Assembly (NCBI RefSeq): GCF_030684315.1
Contig: NC_081368.1
Span: 49,615,734 to 49,679,733, forward strand
Source: Stegostoma tigrinum
Lineage: Eukaryota
Direction: 5' to 3'
DNA length: 64,000 nt
Shown here: one piece after another, positions 49,405-61,570 of the stretch
Layout: every line of letters begins with the position of its first letter
Numbering within the stretch: position 1 is the first letter of the stretch
The notes under the pieces: generated by a model
Seen by the model: only the letters and a program-made list of their open reading frames with translations
What the model was told of the DNA's origin: nothing
Database searches by the model: none
Translations under genes and position numbers: made by a program

Positions 49405-49710
49405 GTCTTTTCCCTAGGGTGGGGGAGTTCAAAACTAGGCGGCATACTTTTAAGGTCAGAGGAGAAAGATTTAAAAGGGACCTGAGGGGCAACTTTTTCA
49501 CACAGATGGTGGTCCATGTTTGTAATGAACTACCAGAGGAAGTGGTAAATGCCTGTACAGTTACGACATTTCAAAGACATTTGGAGAGATACATGAATAG
49601 AAAAGGTTTAGAGGGATATAGGCCAAATACAGGCAAGTAGGACAAATTTAGTTTGGGAAACTTTGTCAGCAGGAATGAATTGGAGCAAAAGGTCTGTTGT
49701 CTTGCTGTCA
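49405..49710 (+). mobile_element. CR1 3' fragment
   Basis: ORF 49419..49640 reads KTRRHTFKVRGERFKRDLRGNFFTQ..NELPEEVV. Confidence 0.85.
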
Positions 49711-50289
49711 GACTCTGACTCCAAACTCTCAACAATGTCAATTGACTCTTAACTGACCTCTGAAATGGCATCACAAGCCATTGCATTTTATGAAGTAGCT
49801 ACAAACTCTCAAAGGAATGAAAAATGGACGGACCACCTGATATCAACTTGGGCAGCAAGAATGACAACATCAAACACAGCTCTATCAACACTGCAACATC
49901 CTCCTAACAAAAGTCTGGGCGCTTGGGCCAAAACAGGGACAGCTGCCTCACAGACCCATCCAGCATCAGACTGACATCATCATACTCACAGAATCATACG
50001 TTACTGACAAGTCCAGCGGCCACCATCACCATCTCTGGGCACATCCTGTCCCATTAGCAGGTTAGATACACCACAAGTGACAACAGAATAGTTTCAGTGT
50101 CAGGAAGAGCTGCCCAAAGAGTCCCCAACATTGAATTCTGATGCCATGAAGTCAAATATGGGAAAGGAAATTTCACGTTGGCTACTTTTCCTCATCTGGA
50201 AAAGCAGTACCCTCCACACTGAACACCACTTGAGAGAGGTAAAGGTAAAAATAAAAATAAAGTTGCTATAGTCTTACCAGATTATAGAA

Positions 50290-51060
50290 ATTTATAATAC
50301 AGAGCAGGCTAATTCCACTCACTGTCTGTACTAGTTCCCAAAAAAGCTACCCAGCTAGTCCTATCCTCCAGCCTTACATCCACAGCCGTCTAAACTCAAC
50401 ACTTTCAAAAATGACCTCTTAGAGATGACACCTCCACTGTTCTTCCAGGCAGCACATTACAAATCTGAACAACTCTCCGAGTAAAGAAGTTTCTCCTCAA
50501 CTTATTTCTAGCTGTCTTGCTGACAGACTTGAAATTGTGACCCCTAATTACTGACATACCAACTAGTGAGAACAGAATATATTTCTTTACCCTGTCAAAA
50601 TTTTTCACAATGTTGAAAACCTCAATAAGGCGACCTCAATCTCCTCTGCTCCAAGGAGAAGGCCAATTTTTCTTATCTTTCCTTGTATCTAAAATCCTTC
50701 ATTACTGGTTTCATTCCAGTAAATCTCCTTTGCTCCCCACAGCTTTATCATCCTTCCTTAAATAAGGTGCCCAGACTGTTCACAATACTCCAAATGTGGG
50801 CTCTCCTAAGATTTGCAGAGGTTTGGCATCATTTCTGTGCTTTTATACTCTTATGTCCCTATTTATAAATCTAAGGATCCTGTAAGCTTTCTTCACAACT
50901 GTTTCAACTTGCCTGGCCACCAAAAATGATGCACATGAATTCCGAGGTCCCTCTGCTTATGTGCTCCCCTCAAACTTGTCTAATTGAGCCTGTATTGTCT
51001 CCATCTTTTTTCTCCTACCTCACATTCCTCTGCATTGGAAATTCATCTGCCAAGTGTTTG
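50290..51060 (-). mobile_element. CR1 3' fragment
   Basis: ORF 50405..50608 reads RGHNFK..RRNFFTRRVVQICNVLP. Confidence 0.8.
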
Positions 51061-52090
51061 CTGTATAGTCTCTATATATTAATAAAGGACGTCACTGATA
51101 TTGTTGCAGTATATCAGGCAAAATAATATACACTGAAATTATGAGACAATCCTTATAAATTAATGAAGGATATCACTGTAGCATGCAAGGTCCTGAAGAA
51201 GGGTAATAGCTGAAACGTTGACTGCTCTTTTCCTCCAGATGCTGCCTCACTTGCTGTGTTCTTCCAGCCTGTTTGTCTACTTGGATTCCAGCATCTGCAG
51301 TTTTTTTGTCTCTGACTAAGTTTTACAATTGCAAAGATGTCCACTTTGAAGAAGTCCCCTGCCTCCCCTCACAGGTGAACTCAGTGACTCCCTTTCTCAC
51401 TGTTGCAGCCTCTTCAGCCCTTCAACTATTTGACCACACCATGAAACAAACCTGCTACTATATAGCCACGTGTCCTTCCTCAGCTCCTGTCTTGGCCACC
51501 ACTTCATCCCTCAAGGTGATCCTGAAGAAGGGTAATACTCAAAATGTTGACAGCTCCTTTCCTCCAGATACTGCCTGACTTGCTGTGTTCTTCCTGCCTC
51601 CTGTTTGTCTACAAGGATATCACTGACTTGATTACACTACACCATGCACTATAACAGACAATGACATTACTGTAGTGTTTTATATTAATGAAGGGCAATG
51701 ACATGATTATAGTATAGCAGACAAGTAATAGTGTTTATTAATAGACACCAATGTTGAGCGTGGTCCTCTCGGTCCTGGTATAGGGACTCTATCACTGTCC
51801 CACAAGGAAAATGATAAATTTTGATAAAATACATGGATAGATAAGCAGACAAAAAGGCATAATCACATTGGCTGCATGCCATATATTAACATTACTGTAG
51901 ATTTTATTAATAATGGACATCATTGGCATAATTACAGTAGCAGGCACTAATAAAGACTGACTTTACTGTATAGCCTTTTTATGTTAATATACATCATTGA
52001 CACTTGCTGTACATCAAACACGAATGTACACTGACATTATTACAAAACATTAACAATTATAATGGATATTGACATGACCGTACAGTTTTC
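51060..52090. repeat. Degenerate tandem repeat (roughly 75-bp unit) in FUNDC2 intron 1, interrupted by insertions
   Basis: Recurring blocks acattactgtag..tatattaat(g)aa(a)ggac/tatcactgac..attacagta..caggca at about 51065, 51155, 51665, 51890 and 51960. Confidence 0.55.
51179..51612 (+). mobile_element. Retrozyme-like insertion: two direct hammerhead-bearing repeats flanked by a 13-bp TSD
   Basis: AAGGATATCACTG at 51166-51178 and 51613-51625. Direct repeats at about 51186-51280 and 51512-51612, each with CTGAAGAAGGGTAATA..(G/A)AAA(C/T)GTTGAC. Confidence 0.7.
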
Positions 52091-52328
52091 ATCCAATAAT
52101 AAACGCCACCACTCAGCGATGGCACTGTTGTGGGCCCTCCCACCAGCCCTGATAACAGACAGCCTGCCCGTGTTAACCTTGACTTCACTCTTACGCTCTT
52201 ACCCTCCTTCCTCTCGATCGATACCTGCCGCCGCTGTCTAACGCTTCTCCCCAGACTCGCTCGCTCGCTCTTCCTCTCTCGCCCCCCTCGCTGCCTGCCT
52301 GACAAACATTAATTTCCAACACACTTAC

Positions 52329-52344
52329 CTTTCGCCTCCTCCAT
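52329..52344 (-). CDS. FUNDC2: FUNDC2 coding exon 1 (16 nt)
   Basis: aggATGGAGGAGGCGAAAG|gtaagt = MEEAK, phase 1, matching exon 2. It sits in a CpG-rich region. The full CDS is 456 nt (151 aa). FFLLQ, ANHTGYI, QLKI.KS and FVKKN plus synteny favour FUNDC2 over FUNDC1. Confidence 0.85.
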
Positions 52345-52470
52345 CCTGCCCTGTCCTCTCACCCGGAAACAGTCCTTCGAAGCCAGCGGAAATGATGTAA
52401 CTGAGTGCACGTGCTTGGTGCGATGTCAATCATTCAAGTGCAGGCAGTGGTGCAACGGGCGTTGATTGTA
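52345..52470 (-). promoter_or_regulatory. FUNDC2 proximal promoter
   Basis: CCGGAA at about 52363, ETS-CRE/CARE-like CGGAAATGATGTAA at 52387-52400, E-box CACGTG at 52408-52413, with local CpG enrichment. Confidence 0.55.
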
Positions 52471-53640
52471 AATGATCACTTGTAGTACATTTTGGTTAAA
52501 GAAGAATATAATTTGTAAGTGTGTGCTCTGTTAATAAGTACTGCAAGATATACATACAATTTTCTTGATTCAAATTAAGATCTGGTGTTAGTTCTACCTT
52601 AATAAGACCATAAGACATAGGAGCAGCCCCTCTCGCCCCTGCCTCCTTCACCTGTCCGTCTTTTCTCCCACCAACCCCCATCCCAACTCCCTACCCACTC
52701 TCGCCTTTACTGGTTTCGTCCCCCTCCTCGACCTGCCCTTCTTCTCTGCACCAATCTGCTGGTTTATCCACCTGCTGTCATCACGTCCCCGCTCTCTCTC
52801 GATTTATTTGAGGGTCTCTTTCCCCTCCCCGATTTCTGGAGACGGGTCTAGACCTGAAACGTCAGCTTTCCTGCTCCTTTGATGCTGCCTGGCCTACTGT
52901 GTTCATCCAGCTCCACACCTTGCTACCTCAGTCTTAAATGTACTCAAACATCTGGCCTCCACAGCCTTCTGTTAGAGCAGTTGCGGTGGACCTGCTCCTC
53001 TTCTGAACAATAAACAAATTGCATACAGTAGGGAAAGTGGCCATTCAACTTTAGTGCTGAAAACTGTAATTATGTGCATTACTTACACATCAATATCTGA
53101 TAAACCTCAAAATATTAATGTACGTCATGAACATCTTGATGATCACGCGGTCAAGGGTTACAGGGAGAAAGTGGGAGAATAGCATTGAGGAATTTTATCA
53201 GCCATGATTTAACAGCGGACCAAACTAGTTGGGCTGAATGGCCTAATTTCTGCTCCTATGTCTTATAGTCTTCTGGTCTTAACTCTCCAAGGGCATGTCC
53301 ACTCTACCCACTCCCTCTTCTCTTTCACTGAAAATTGTTAATTTTAATTGTTAGGCTTTAGCATATAGCTGATCACATTTTGAAAATAGATGGTGCTCAA
53401 CCAATGTGATTATACCTCTTTTTGTCTGCTTATCTAGCCATTTTAGCAAAACTGATCGCTTCCTTGTGGGACAGTGGTAGAGTCCCTATCCCTGGACCGA
53501 GAGGACCAGGATCAAGTTCCCTGACCTGCTCCAGAAGTGTGTAATAATGTCTGAACAGATTGATTAAGAGAAAAAAGTCATGATCTGCATTAAGCAGACT
53601 AACCGTCCAATGCATTCAAGAACCTCGTGAGCACAAAAAA

Positions 53641-55486
53641 ACGCAATGGATCTTTCAGTGCAATAGTATTCCAACATTATAAATATTATAAATACAACGG
53701 TGGACAGCAAATGTCCTCAAGGGTGAGGAAACATTTAATGTCAAATTTCACAGTGCCTCAGTACCAATACTAACTGAACCAGCTCAGTACTGCAGCAGGT
53801 GGTCATGGTACTATTAAAAGAGAAAAAGCCAATTGACCATCCTCAGTAAATGTTGTGTTGTGTAATATTATCAATTGATCCTCAAGACAAAATCTTCTTC
53901 ATACTGAGTACACGTGCCATCAAGTTATATAGCATGACCACCATGCTAAATGAGATGGTTTCAGAACAGATTTAACAGTTCAAAACCAGCATTAGGACTG
54001 GTAGAAGCAGCAGATTTGTATTTACCACAATCTTAAGTTACATCATACCCCTCATTTTTGCTATTACCATTAAGCCAAGGAACAAAGCCTTGATGAAGAA
54101 AGCATGCTGGACAGCATACCAGGAGAGGCTCCGTGAGTACCAAAAAATAAGGTGCCAGCCTGCTGATGCTACAGCCTTACAACATAGCAAAAGACACAGG
54201 CTAAAAAGTGAGCTAAATGATTCTATAATCAATTGTTCAGATTCAAACTCTGCAGTACTGCCACTTGTAGTCGTCAACAGTGATGAACAATTGAACAACT
54301 AACTGGAGAAGTGTCCATAACGCCACAAACTTCATGATGGCACAGTCCAGCATTCAATGCAAAAGATAAGGTTGAAAGGTTTGCAACCGACTTCATTTAG
54401 ACATATAAATTCAATGGCCTATATAAGCCCTCTCCTAAGGTCCCTAGCCTCACAGTTACTGGAATTCAGATGAGTAGGCACATTCCATGTGATATCAAGA
54501 GATGGCTAGATAAAACAAAGGTTATGAGTACTGACAGCATATAGACTTGTGCTCCACATCTAATCATGCTTCTGGCCATCTTGCTCCTCTATAGCTACAA
54601 GTATGGTTTATACTACGCAATCAAAAACTACCTAGGTATGTTCTGCCTCCAAAAATGTAGCACATGTCTAGTCTGACCAGTTAACACCCCATCAGTCTAC
54701 TTTCAGTCATTACCAGATTTATGGAATGTGTCATCAAATGAAAGTGCAAAGCTGCACCTACTCATCAAAAACTACCTAACATACGCTGCTGTAGGGAGCT
54801 TTACAGCTCTAGATCTCAAATAGCTGAAAGAGCTGAATTCCAGAGGTGACATTGAAGTAAAAAAAAACCAAAAACTGCAGATGCTGGAAATTGGAAACAA
54901 AATCAGAAATTGCTGGAAAAAACTCAGCATGTCAGGCAGCACTTGTGAAGAGAAAGCAAAGCTAGTATTTCAGGTCTAGTAACCCTTCTTCAGAACATTG
55001 TGATATTGAAGTAATTGTCTTTGACAAGATGACAGCAAATAACCAAATTTGATGTCAAGAAATATTAGGAAAATTGCGAAGAAGGATTCCAACCCAAAAC
55101 GTCAACTCTCCTGCTTCTCTGATGCTGCCTGTCCTGCTGTGTTCCTCCAGTCCCACATTGAGTTATCCATTAGTAAAACTGAACTGGAAATGGCCTGACA
55201 GTGCAGCATTGTCTACTATTTCCTCTTTTCATTTTGGGAATGTGAGTATCAGTGGCAAGGTACATCATGTATAGTTAAACAAAAGTAAAATACTGTGGAT
55301 GCTGAAACAAAAGTTCTGCCCTCAGTACTGAAAAACAATCATACTAGACATATTACGGTAATACATATTATGAAAATTGACATTAAATGTTTCCTCACCC
55401 TTCAGGACATTTGGTATTCTTGTGGTCCATCATGGTGTTTATAATATTTATAAAGGAATACTATTGCACAGAAGGGTCCATGGTGT
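53641..55486. repeat. Inverted repeat pair (about 110 bp arms) enclosing about 1.6 kb
   Basis: 53641-53750 matches the reverse complement of 55371-55486 (gtgcaatagtattcc, ttataaatattataaa, caaatgtcct.aagggtgaggaaacatttaatgtcaa). Confidence 0.85.
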
Positions 55487-56249
55487 TGCTGCCAGTGTCC
55501 TCTACATTTCTTCTATCTTTTAGCTCATTGCCAATTATTCTTGAGAAGTTGGTGGCCTGCATGAAACACTTCAGCCCCTGCGATGCTAAGTCTAAAATCC
55601 TGTAACTCCCCTCCTAACATCTCCATTGTCCCATTCTCAGACAAGAAATTTTGGCAATGTTTCATTTGCTCTCTAGCTGGTAAACATTTATTCCTGAATC
55701 AACATGAGTAAAACAGATTATCTGGCTGTTCTGAGATAATGGGAACTGCAAATGCTGGAGAATCAGAGGTAACAAAGTGTGGGGCTGGATGAACACAGCA
55801 GGCCAAGTAGCATCTTAGGAGCACAAAAGCTGATGTTTCGGGGCTAGACCCTTCATCAGAAAAGCTGTTCTGGCTGCTCTCATGAGTTTGGGACCTTCAT
55901 ATTGAACATCATTTTCAGTGCTGCATATATCACGACCAATACACAGCAGCCTGGAAAATTGTATGTAGCCTTGCTCATGTTAATTAAAATAGTGTGCAGC
56001 ATTTTGACACATACAAGGAAATGTTACAAATGGTTATAAATGTGACCTCCTTTCAGAATTACTTTTTGACTGTCAAAAGTTTTGGAAGTTCCGAGGTTGT
56101 GCTATGAGCCACATGACTGCAGGTCTGTTTTCACACATCTGGCTCTAAATTAGTCTTGGAGTAATTCTCTTAGCCTTATTGAACATAATTAGGTAGCACG
56201 CCTTAGCTACTTAACAAGATAAGCGACCATGGTGTTGTAGACAGCATTT

Positions 56250-57215
56250 CAACATTGGTGGAGGACTGGCTAACTAACAGAAGTCATAGAATTGGGATAA
56301 GGAGGACATTTTTAAAATGGGGCCATAGTTAACTTTCAGTACATATCAGTGATTTGGATGAGGGAAGTGAATGTAGCCACGTTTGTGGATAACACAGAAG
56401 TAGGTGGGAAGGTAAGTGGTAAGAATGATGCAAAAAATCTACAGAGGGATGTAGGCAAGAGGGTGGACAAATTTAACAGACAAACTATAATGTGGGAAAA
56501 TATCAGGTTATGCACTTTGGCCGTAGGAATTCAGCAGCTGAATATCATTTAAATAGAGAAAGGCTTCCGAGAAACTTCAACACAGAGCGATTTAGGAACC
56601 CTTGTGCATAAATCACAAAAGGCTAGCATCCTAGTTCAGCAGATAATAGGGAAATCAAATGCAGTATTGACCTTTATTTCAAAGGAAGTGGAGAAGCTTT
56701 GCTGAACTTATACAAAACACTAGTCAGACCACACCTGAATACTGTGAATAATTTTGGGCCCCTTATCTAACAAAAGACATACTGGCATTGGAGACAGTCC
56801 AGAAGAGTGACACCAGGTATGGAGGAACTGTTTTCCAAGGATAGGTTGAATGCGTTGGGCCTATACTCATTGAGCATTAAACGAAAACAAGGCAAACCTG
56901 TTGAAACATGCAAGATTCTTACGGGGCTTGAGAGGGTAGATGCAGAAAGGATATTTCCCCTATTGGGAGAATCTAGGATTGGGGTGCAAACCATTTGCCT
57001 ATTTAAGGCAGAGATAAGGAGTAATTTCTTCTCTCAGAAGTTATTGAATTTGTGGAATTCTCTACCACAGAGGGCTGCAGAGGCTAATTTTTTGACTATA
57101 TTCAAGGGAAGGGAATTAAGGCATTAAAATAGAATTAAGAACGATTGGAACAGCTATTGAATGACAAAGCAGACTTGATGGGCTGAATGGCCTACTTCCA
57201 CTCTTATGTCTTAAC
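56250..57215 (+). mobile_element. CR1 LINE 3' portion
   Basis: LYKTLVRPHL; ORF 56807..57127 includes RSNFFSQKLLNLWNSLPQRA. Confidence 0.85.
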
Positions 57216-57689
57216 ATTTATATTCACAAGAATATCAGACTTAATTAGTGTACTGCCCAACTGTATTTTTCATTCCTGTCTTCAATATTTAGGAATCCCA
57301 GACTGATAGTATTTCATTAGAGATTTCCATTGCCTAAGGGGTAGGTTGGTTTGGAATAAAGGTGCACCAAAGGCACTCTACAAGGATTCTGCACGAACAC
57401 ATTTGACTTTAAACAAATCAGCAAAATGCAAATAAATTATTACTAATCACTTTTGAGAGTTTTTGAATAGTTAAATTGAATAGACGAAAGGTGAAATTTT
57501 GGTAATGTAGTCTGAAGGATAAACTTTACAAATGAGTAAATGACTGACTGTGCAAGGTACAATCTGGAGTGCGTTGGAATGTTCTGCATTTCCCTGTATG
57601 GGTACAGCTTCTATAATGTACAAAAGTCTTGACACCATCCAGGACAAAGAAGTCCGCTTGACTGATATACAATCTACCAGCTTAACATT

Positions 57690-59150
57690 CATAGGGTGGA
57701 GGGGAACCAGATATATAGGACAGTAGATGCAGAAATTGAGGGAGAAACCAAGACAAGGAATTGCTGCTGAAAGGAACAGGGGAGGTGGTCTGAGATGCAT
57801 GTGTTTCAGTGCAAGAAGTATAATAGGCTCGGGAGATTAATTTAGAGCTTTGGTTCGTACTTGGAACTATGACATTTTTGCGATTAAAAAGACTTGGCTG
57901 AAAGAGAGCTAGGACTGGTAGCTGAATGTCCCAGGATTTAGATATTTCAGGTGTTATAGAAGGGGACATAAAAGGGTGAGGAAGTTGCATTACTGGTAAA
58001 GGAGTATCTCAAAGCTGTACTGAGGGAGGGTACACCATAGAACTCATGTAACGAGAAAATATGGGTAGGGCTCAGGAATAGGAAAGGTGAAGTCACAATG
58101 CTTTGGGTATACTATAGGCCTCCCAACAGCCAGCAAGAGATGGAGGAGAGAACATGTAGACAGAGTTTGGAAAGATGTAAAAACAGTTGGGTTGCTGCAG
58201 TGGATGATGTTAACTTTCCCTATATTGACTGGTACTCTTAAAAGCAAGAGGTGTCGTGCATCTTAAAAATATTAAGGTAAAATAGTCCCCAGCTCCTGAT
58301 GGGATCTATCCCAGAATGTTGAGGGAGTCAAAACAACAAATTGCTGGAGCATTGACAGACATCTTTGTATCCTATTTGGCCACAGGTGAAGTCCCAGAAG
58401 ACTGGAGAAAAGCCAACGTTGTCTCATTGTTTAAGAAGGATAGCAGGGATAATCTAGGAAATTACAGGCCTATGACCCTCATGTTGGTGGTAGGGAAATT
58501 ATTGGAAAAGATTCTCAGGGACAAGACCTATATGAATTTAGAAGCAAATTGACATATTAGTGATAGACAGCATGATTTTGTGCGGGGAGGTCGTGCCTCA
58601 CTAACTTGATTGAGTTTTCTGAGGAGGTGACAAAGATGATGAGGGAAAAGCGGTTGATGTTGTCTACATGAACTTCAGTAATGACTTTGACAAGGTCCGT
58701 CATGGCAGACCGGTACAAAACGTAAAGTCACATGGCATTGGTGGCGAGCTGACAATGTGGATACAGAACTGACTTAGTCATAGGAGACAGAGGGTAGCAG
58801 TGGAAGGATGCTTTTTGGAATGGAGGGTTGTGACTACTGGTGTTCCACAGAGATCAGTCCAGGGATCTCTGCTGTTTGTGGTCTACATAAATGATTTGGA
58901 GGAAAACATCGGTGGTCTAATTAGTAGGTTTGCAGATGATACAAGGGTGAGTGCCTGGAGTGTGCTGCCAGAGGAGGTGGTGGAAGAAGACACAACAGCA
59001 GCATTCAAGAAGCACTTGGATGAATACATGAATAGGAAGGGAATAGAGGGATATGGATCCTGTCATTTTAGTATGGAAGTGCAAAATGCGTGGGCGCGGG
59101 CTTGGAGGGCCAAAGAGTCTGTTCTTATGTTATATTGTTCTTTGTTCTAT
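57690..59150 (+). mobile_element. Internally deleted CR1 LINE
   Basis: Endonuclease remnants, then VPEDWRKANVVSLFKK..NYRP and GVPQRSV..YINDL..FADDT joined directly to the 3' end with a ttgttctttgttcta tail. Confidence 0.85.
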
Positions 59151-60806
59151 TCACTTCCTTCACCACTGATAGACAGGAGCAGCAGTGTATACCATCTGCA
59201 AAATGGAGTGCAAAAATTCACTTAGGCTCCTTTGTAACTTTCATGCTCATGAGTGCTACTATCTAGAAGGGAAAGGGCAGCAGACACTTGAGACCACCAT
59301 GTCCAGCAAGTTTCCCTCCAAGCTACTCACCATCCTGATTTGGAAATATATTGTTGTTCCTTCACTGTTGCACCAATATCCTGGAACTCCCTTCCTAACA
59401 GCATTATGGGTCAACCACATTGCCTGCAGAGATTCAAGATGGCAGCTCACTATCACCTGTTTCTGGTTATTAGATTATGTTGTGGAGATGGCTCATTTCT
59501 ATCATTTCTTTTTCCCTGGATTTGAAACCTCAGGCATACCAGTGAACATTGCAGTAATGTGCACTCGGAAATAAATGCATTTTAATAGGCCTTTGCGCTA
59601 TTTTCCAACAATGTTATCACTTTGCAGAAAATGAACATGAGTAAAAAATCTCAGAAGTCTTATAATCCAGAATAAGGCCATTCGTTCCATTATGCCTGCA
59701 TCCGCTGTAAAACTGGGAGAGCCAAATGGAAACAAAAACTGACAGAGACAAGAATTTTACTGAATTGTACTGAAAGTGAGGAATTTTCAAAAATTTATTC
59801 CAAATAAAATGAACATCACCAAGCATATTCAGTTTATTGAGGGATATAGTTTTTTAAATGTTTCTGAATATATTTCCTTACAAACATTGCCTCACCTCAC
59901 CACTGAAATGTTTTCCTTACCATGATATACGTGGAAGTTGTGATTTTTATCAGCAAAGAATGATTGTTTGTACATATACAGTGGTAGCCCAGAACGTAAT
60001 GCTGTTATTAGGTAAATCTTACATCACATGAGTTTTAATTTCTATTGTTTGTATGTAAGTGGTGTGTCTATCTAGTAATATCAAGGGTCATAAGCCCAAG
60101 AATGTAGGTTGCCCAATAACATGGAGAGTCATTCCATCAGAACTCAGGAGTAAGCACTGGGGAGGAATCAGATAGGTCTATCCAGGGAATACTCCCGAGG
60201 TCTAATGGCCATTAATGGGCTTGCAAGACAAAGACGTTTGTGCCCACAGTAACAATGATTGCATAACATGGGTAATTAATACATATGTACAGCACTGCAA
60301 TGATGCTTTAATGGTAGCAGTGAGGGAGCTTTGTACAATATTGCAGATAATGCAGTTAAAATGTGGGTATTATGAGAACTTAGTTCTGGATTACTGTGAC
60401 ACAAAGTTATTGCAGAATATAGCAAGTCTGATGCAAGAGAACATTGATAACTACGTGGGTTTTGGTTTTTGTTTAGAATCAAATTGATGCATTGACGTAT
60501 GATGTGATGCCAAATGGCTTAGAGAGCTAAGTGCAAGATTGCTTTGCATTAGGAATGCCATAGGTGTTAGTGAGCACAGTGCAGAATTGTATTGCATCAA
60601 TAACACATTGGATTAATGAGATCAGTGCAGCATTGAAGGAATCAAATAAATCATCTGTATTCCAACAATACTAATATAATTCCAACATCAAATTATTTGC
60701 AGTTTTGTTCTTTGTTGTTTTATTATGAATGGCATTTCGTGTTGATTTATTTTTGACATGGTTGAAAGCTCCTCACCCAAAAGAAGACAAAGTGGGCTGA
60801 CAAGCA

Positions 60807-61570
60807 GCAAGTGACATTTGCACCACGCAAATGCCAGGCTATGACCATCACCATTAAGAGACAATCTAACCACCATCCCTTGACATTCAACGGTGTTACC
60901 ATCACCGAATACCCCACTATCAACATCCTGGGTGTTATCATTGACCAGAAACTCAACTGAACTCACCACATAAACGCAGGGGGTACAAGAGCAGGCCAGA
61001 AGCTAGGAATACTGCGACAAGTAACTCACCTCCTGACTCCTCAAAGCCTGTCCACTATCTACAAGACACAAGTCAGGAGTGTATTGGAATACTCCCCACT
61101 TGCCTGGATGAGTGCAGCCCTAACAACACTCATGAAGCTTGACACCATCCAGGTCAAAGAGGCCTGCTTGATTGGCACTACATCCACAAGTATCCACTCC
61201 CTCCACCACTGACACAAAGTAGCAGCAGTGTGTACTATCTACAAGATGCACTGTGGAAGTTCAGCAAAGATCCTCAGACAGCACCTTCCAAACCCACGAC
61301 CACTTCCATCTGGAAGGACAAGGGCATGAGATATATGGGAACATCACCACCTCTAAGATCCCCTCCAAGCTGCTCACCATCCTGACTTGGAAATATATCG
61401 CCGTTCCTTCACTGTCACTGGGTCAAAATCCTGGGCAGTTTGGGTCAACCCACAGCAGGTGGACTGCAGCGGTTCATGAAGGCACCTCATCACCACCTTC
61501 TCAAGGGAACTACGGATCTGCAAGAAATGCCGGCCAGCCAGTGACACCCACATCCCATAAATGAATAGAG
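60807..61570 (+). mobile_element. LINE (CR1/L2 clade) 3' portion
   Basis: KCQAMTI..INILGVIIDQKL..IYKTQVRSVLEYSPLAW..LDTIQ, ending in gccagccagtgacacccacatcccataaatgaata. Confidence 0.8.

Noticed and set aside
52057-52312. ORFs 52057..52305 and 52130..52312
   Set aside because: Low-complexity purine/pyrimidine-skewed sequence at the start of FUNDC2 intron 1.
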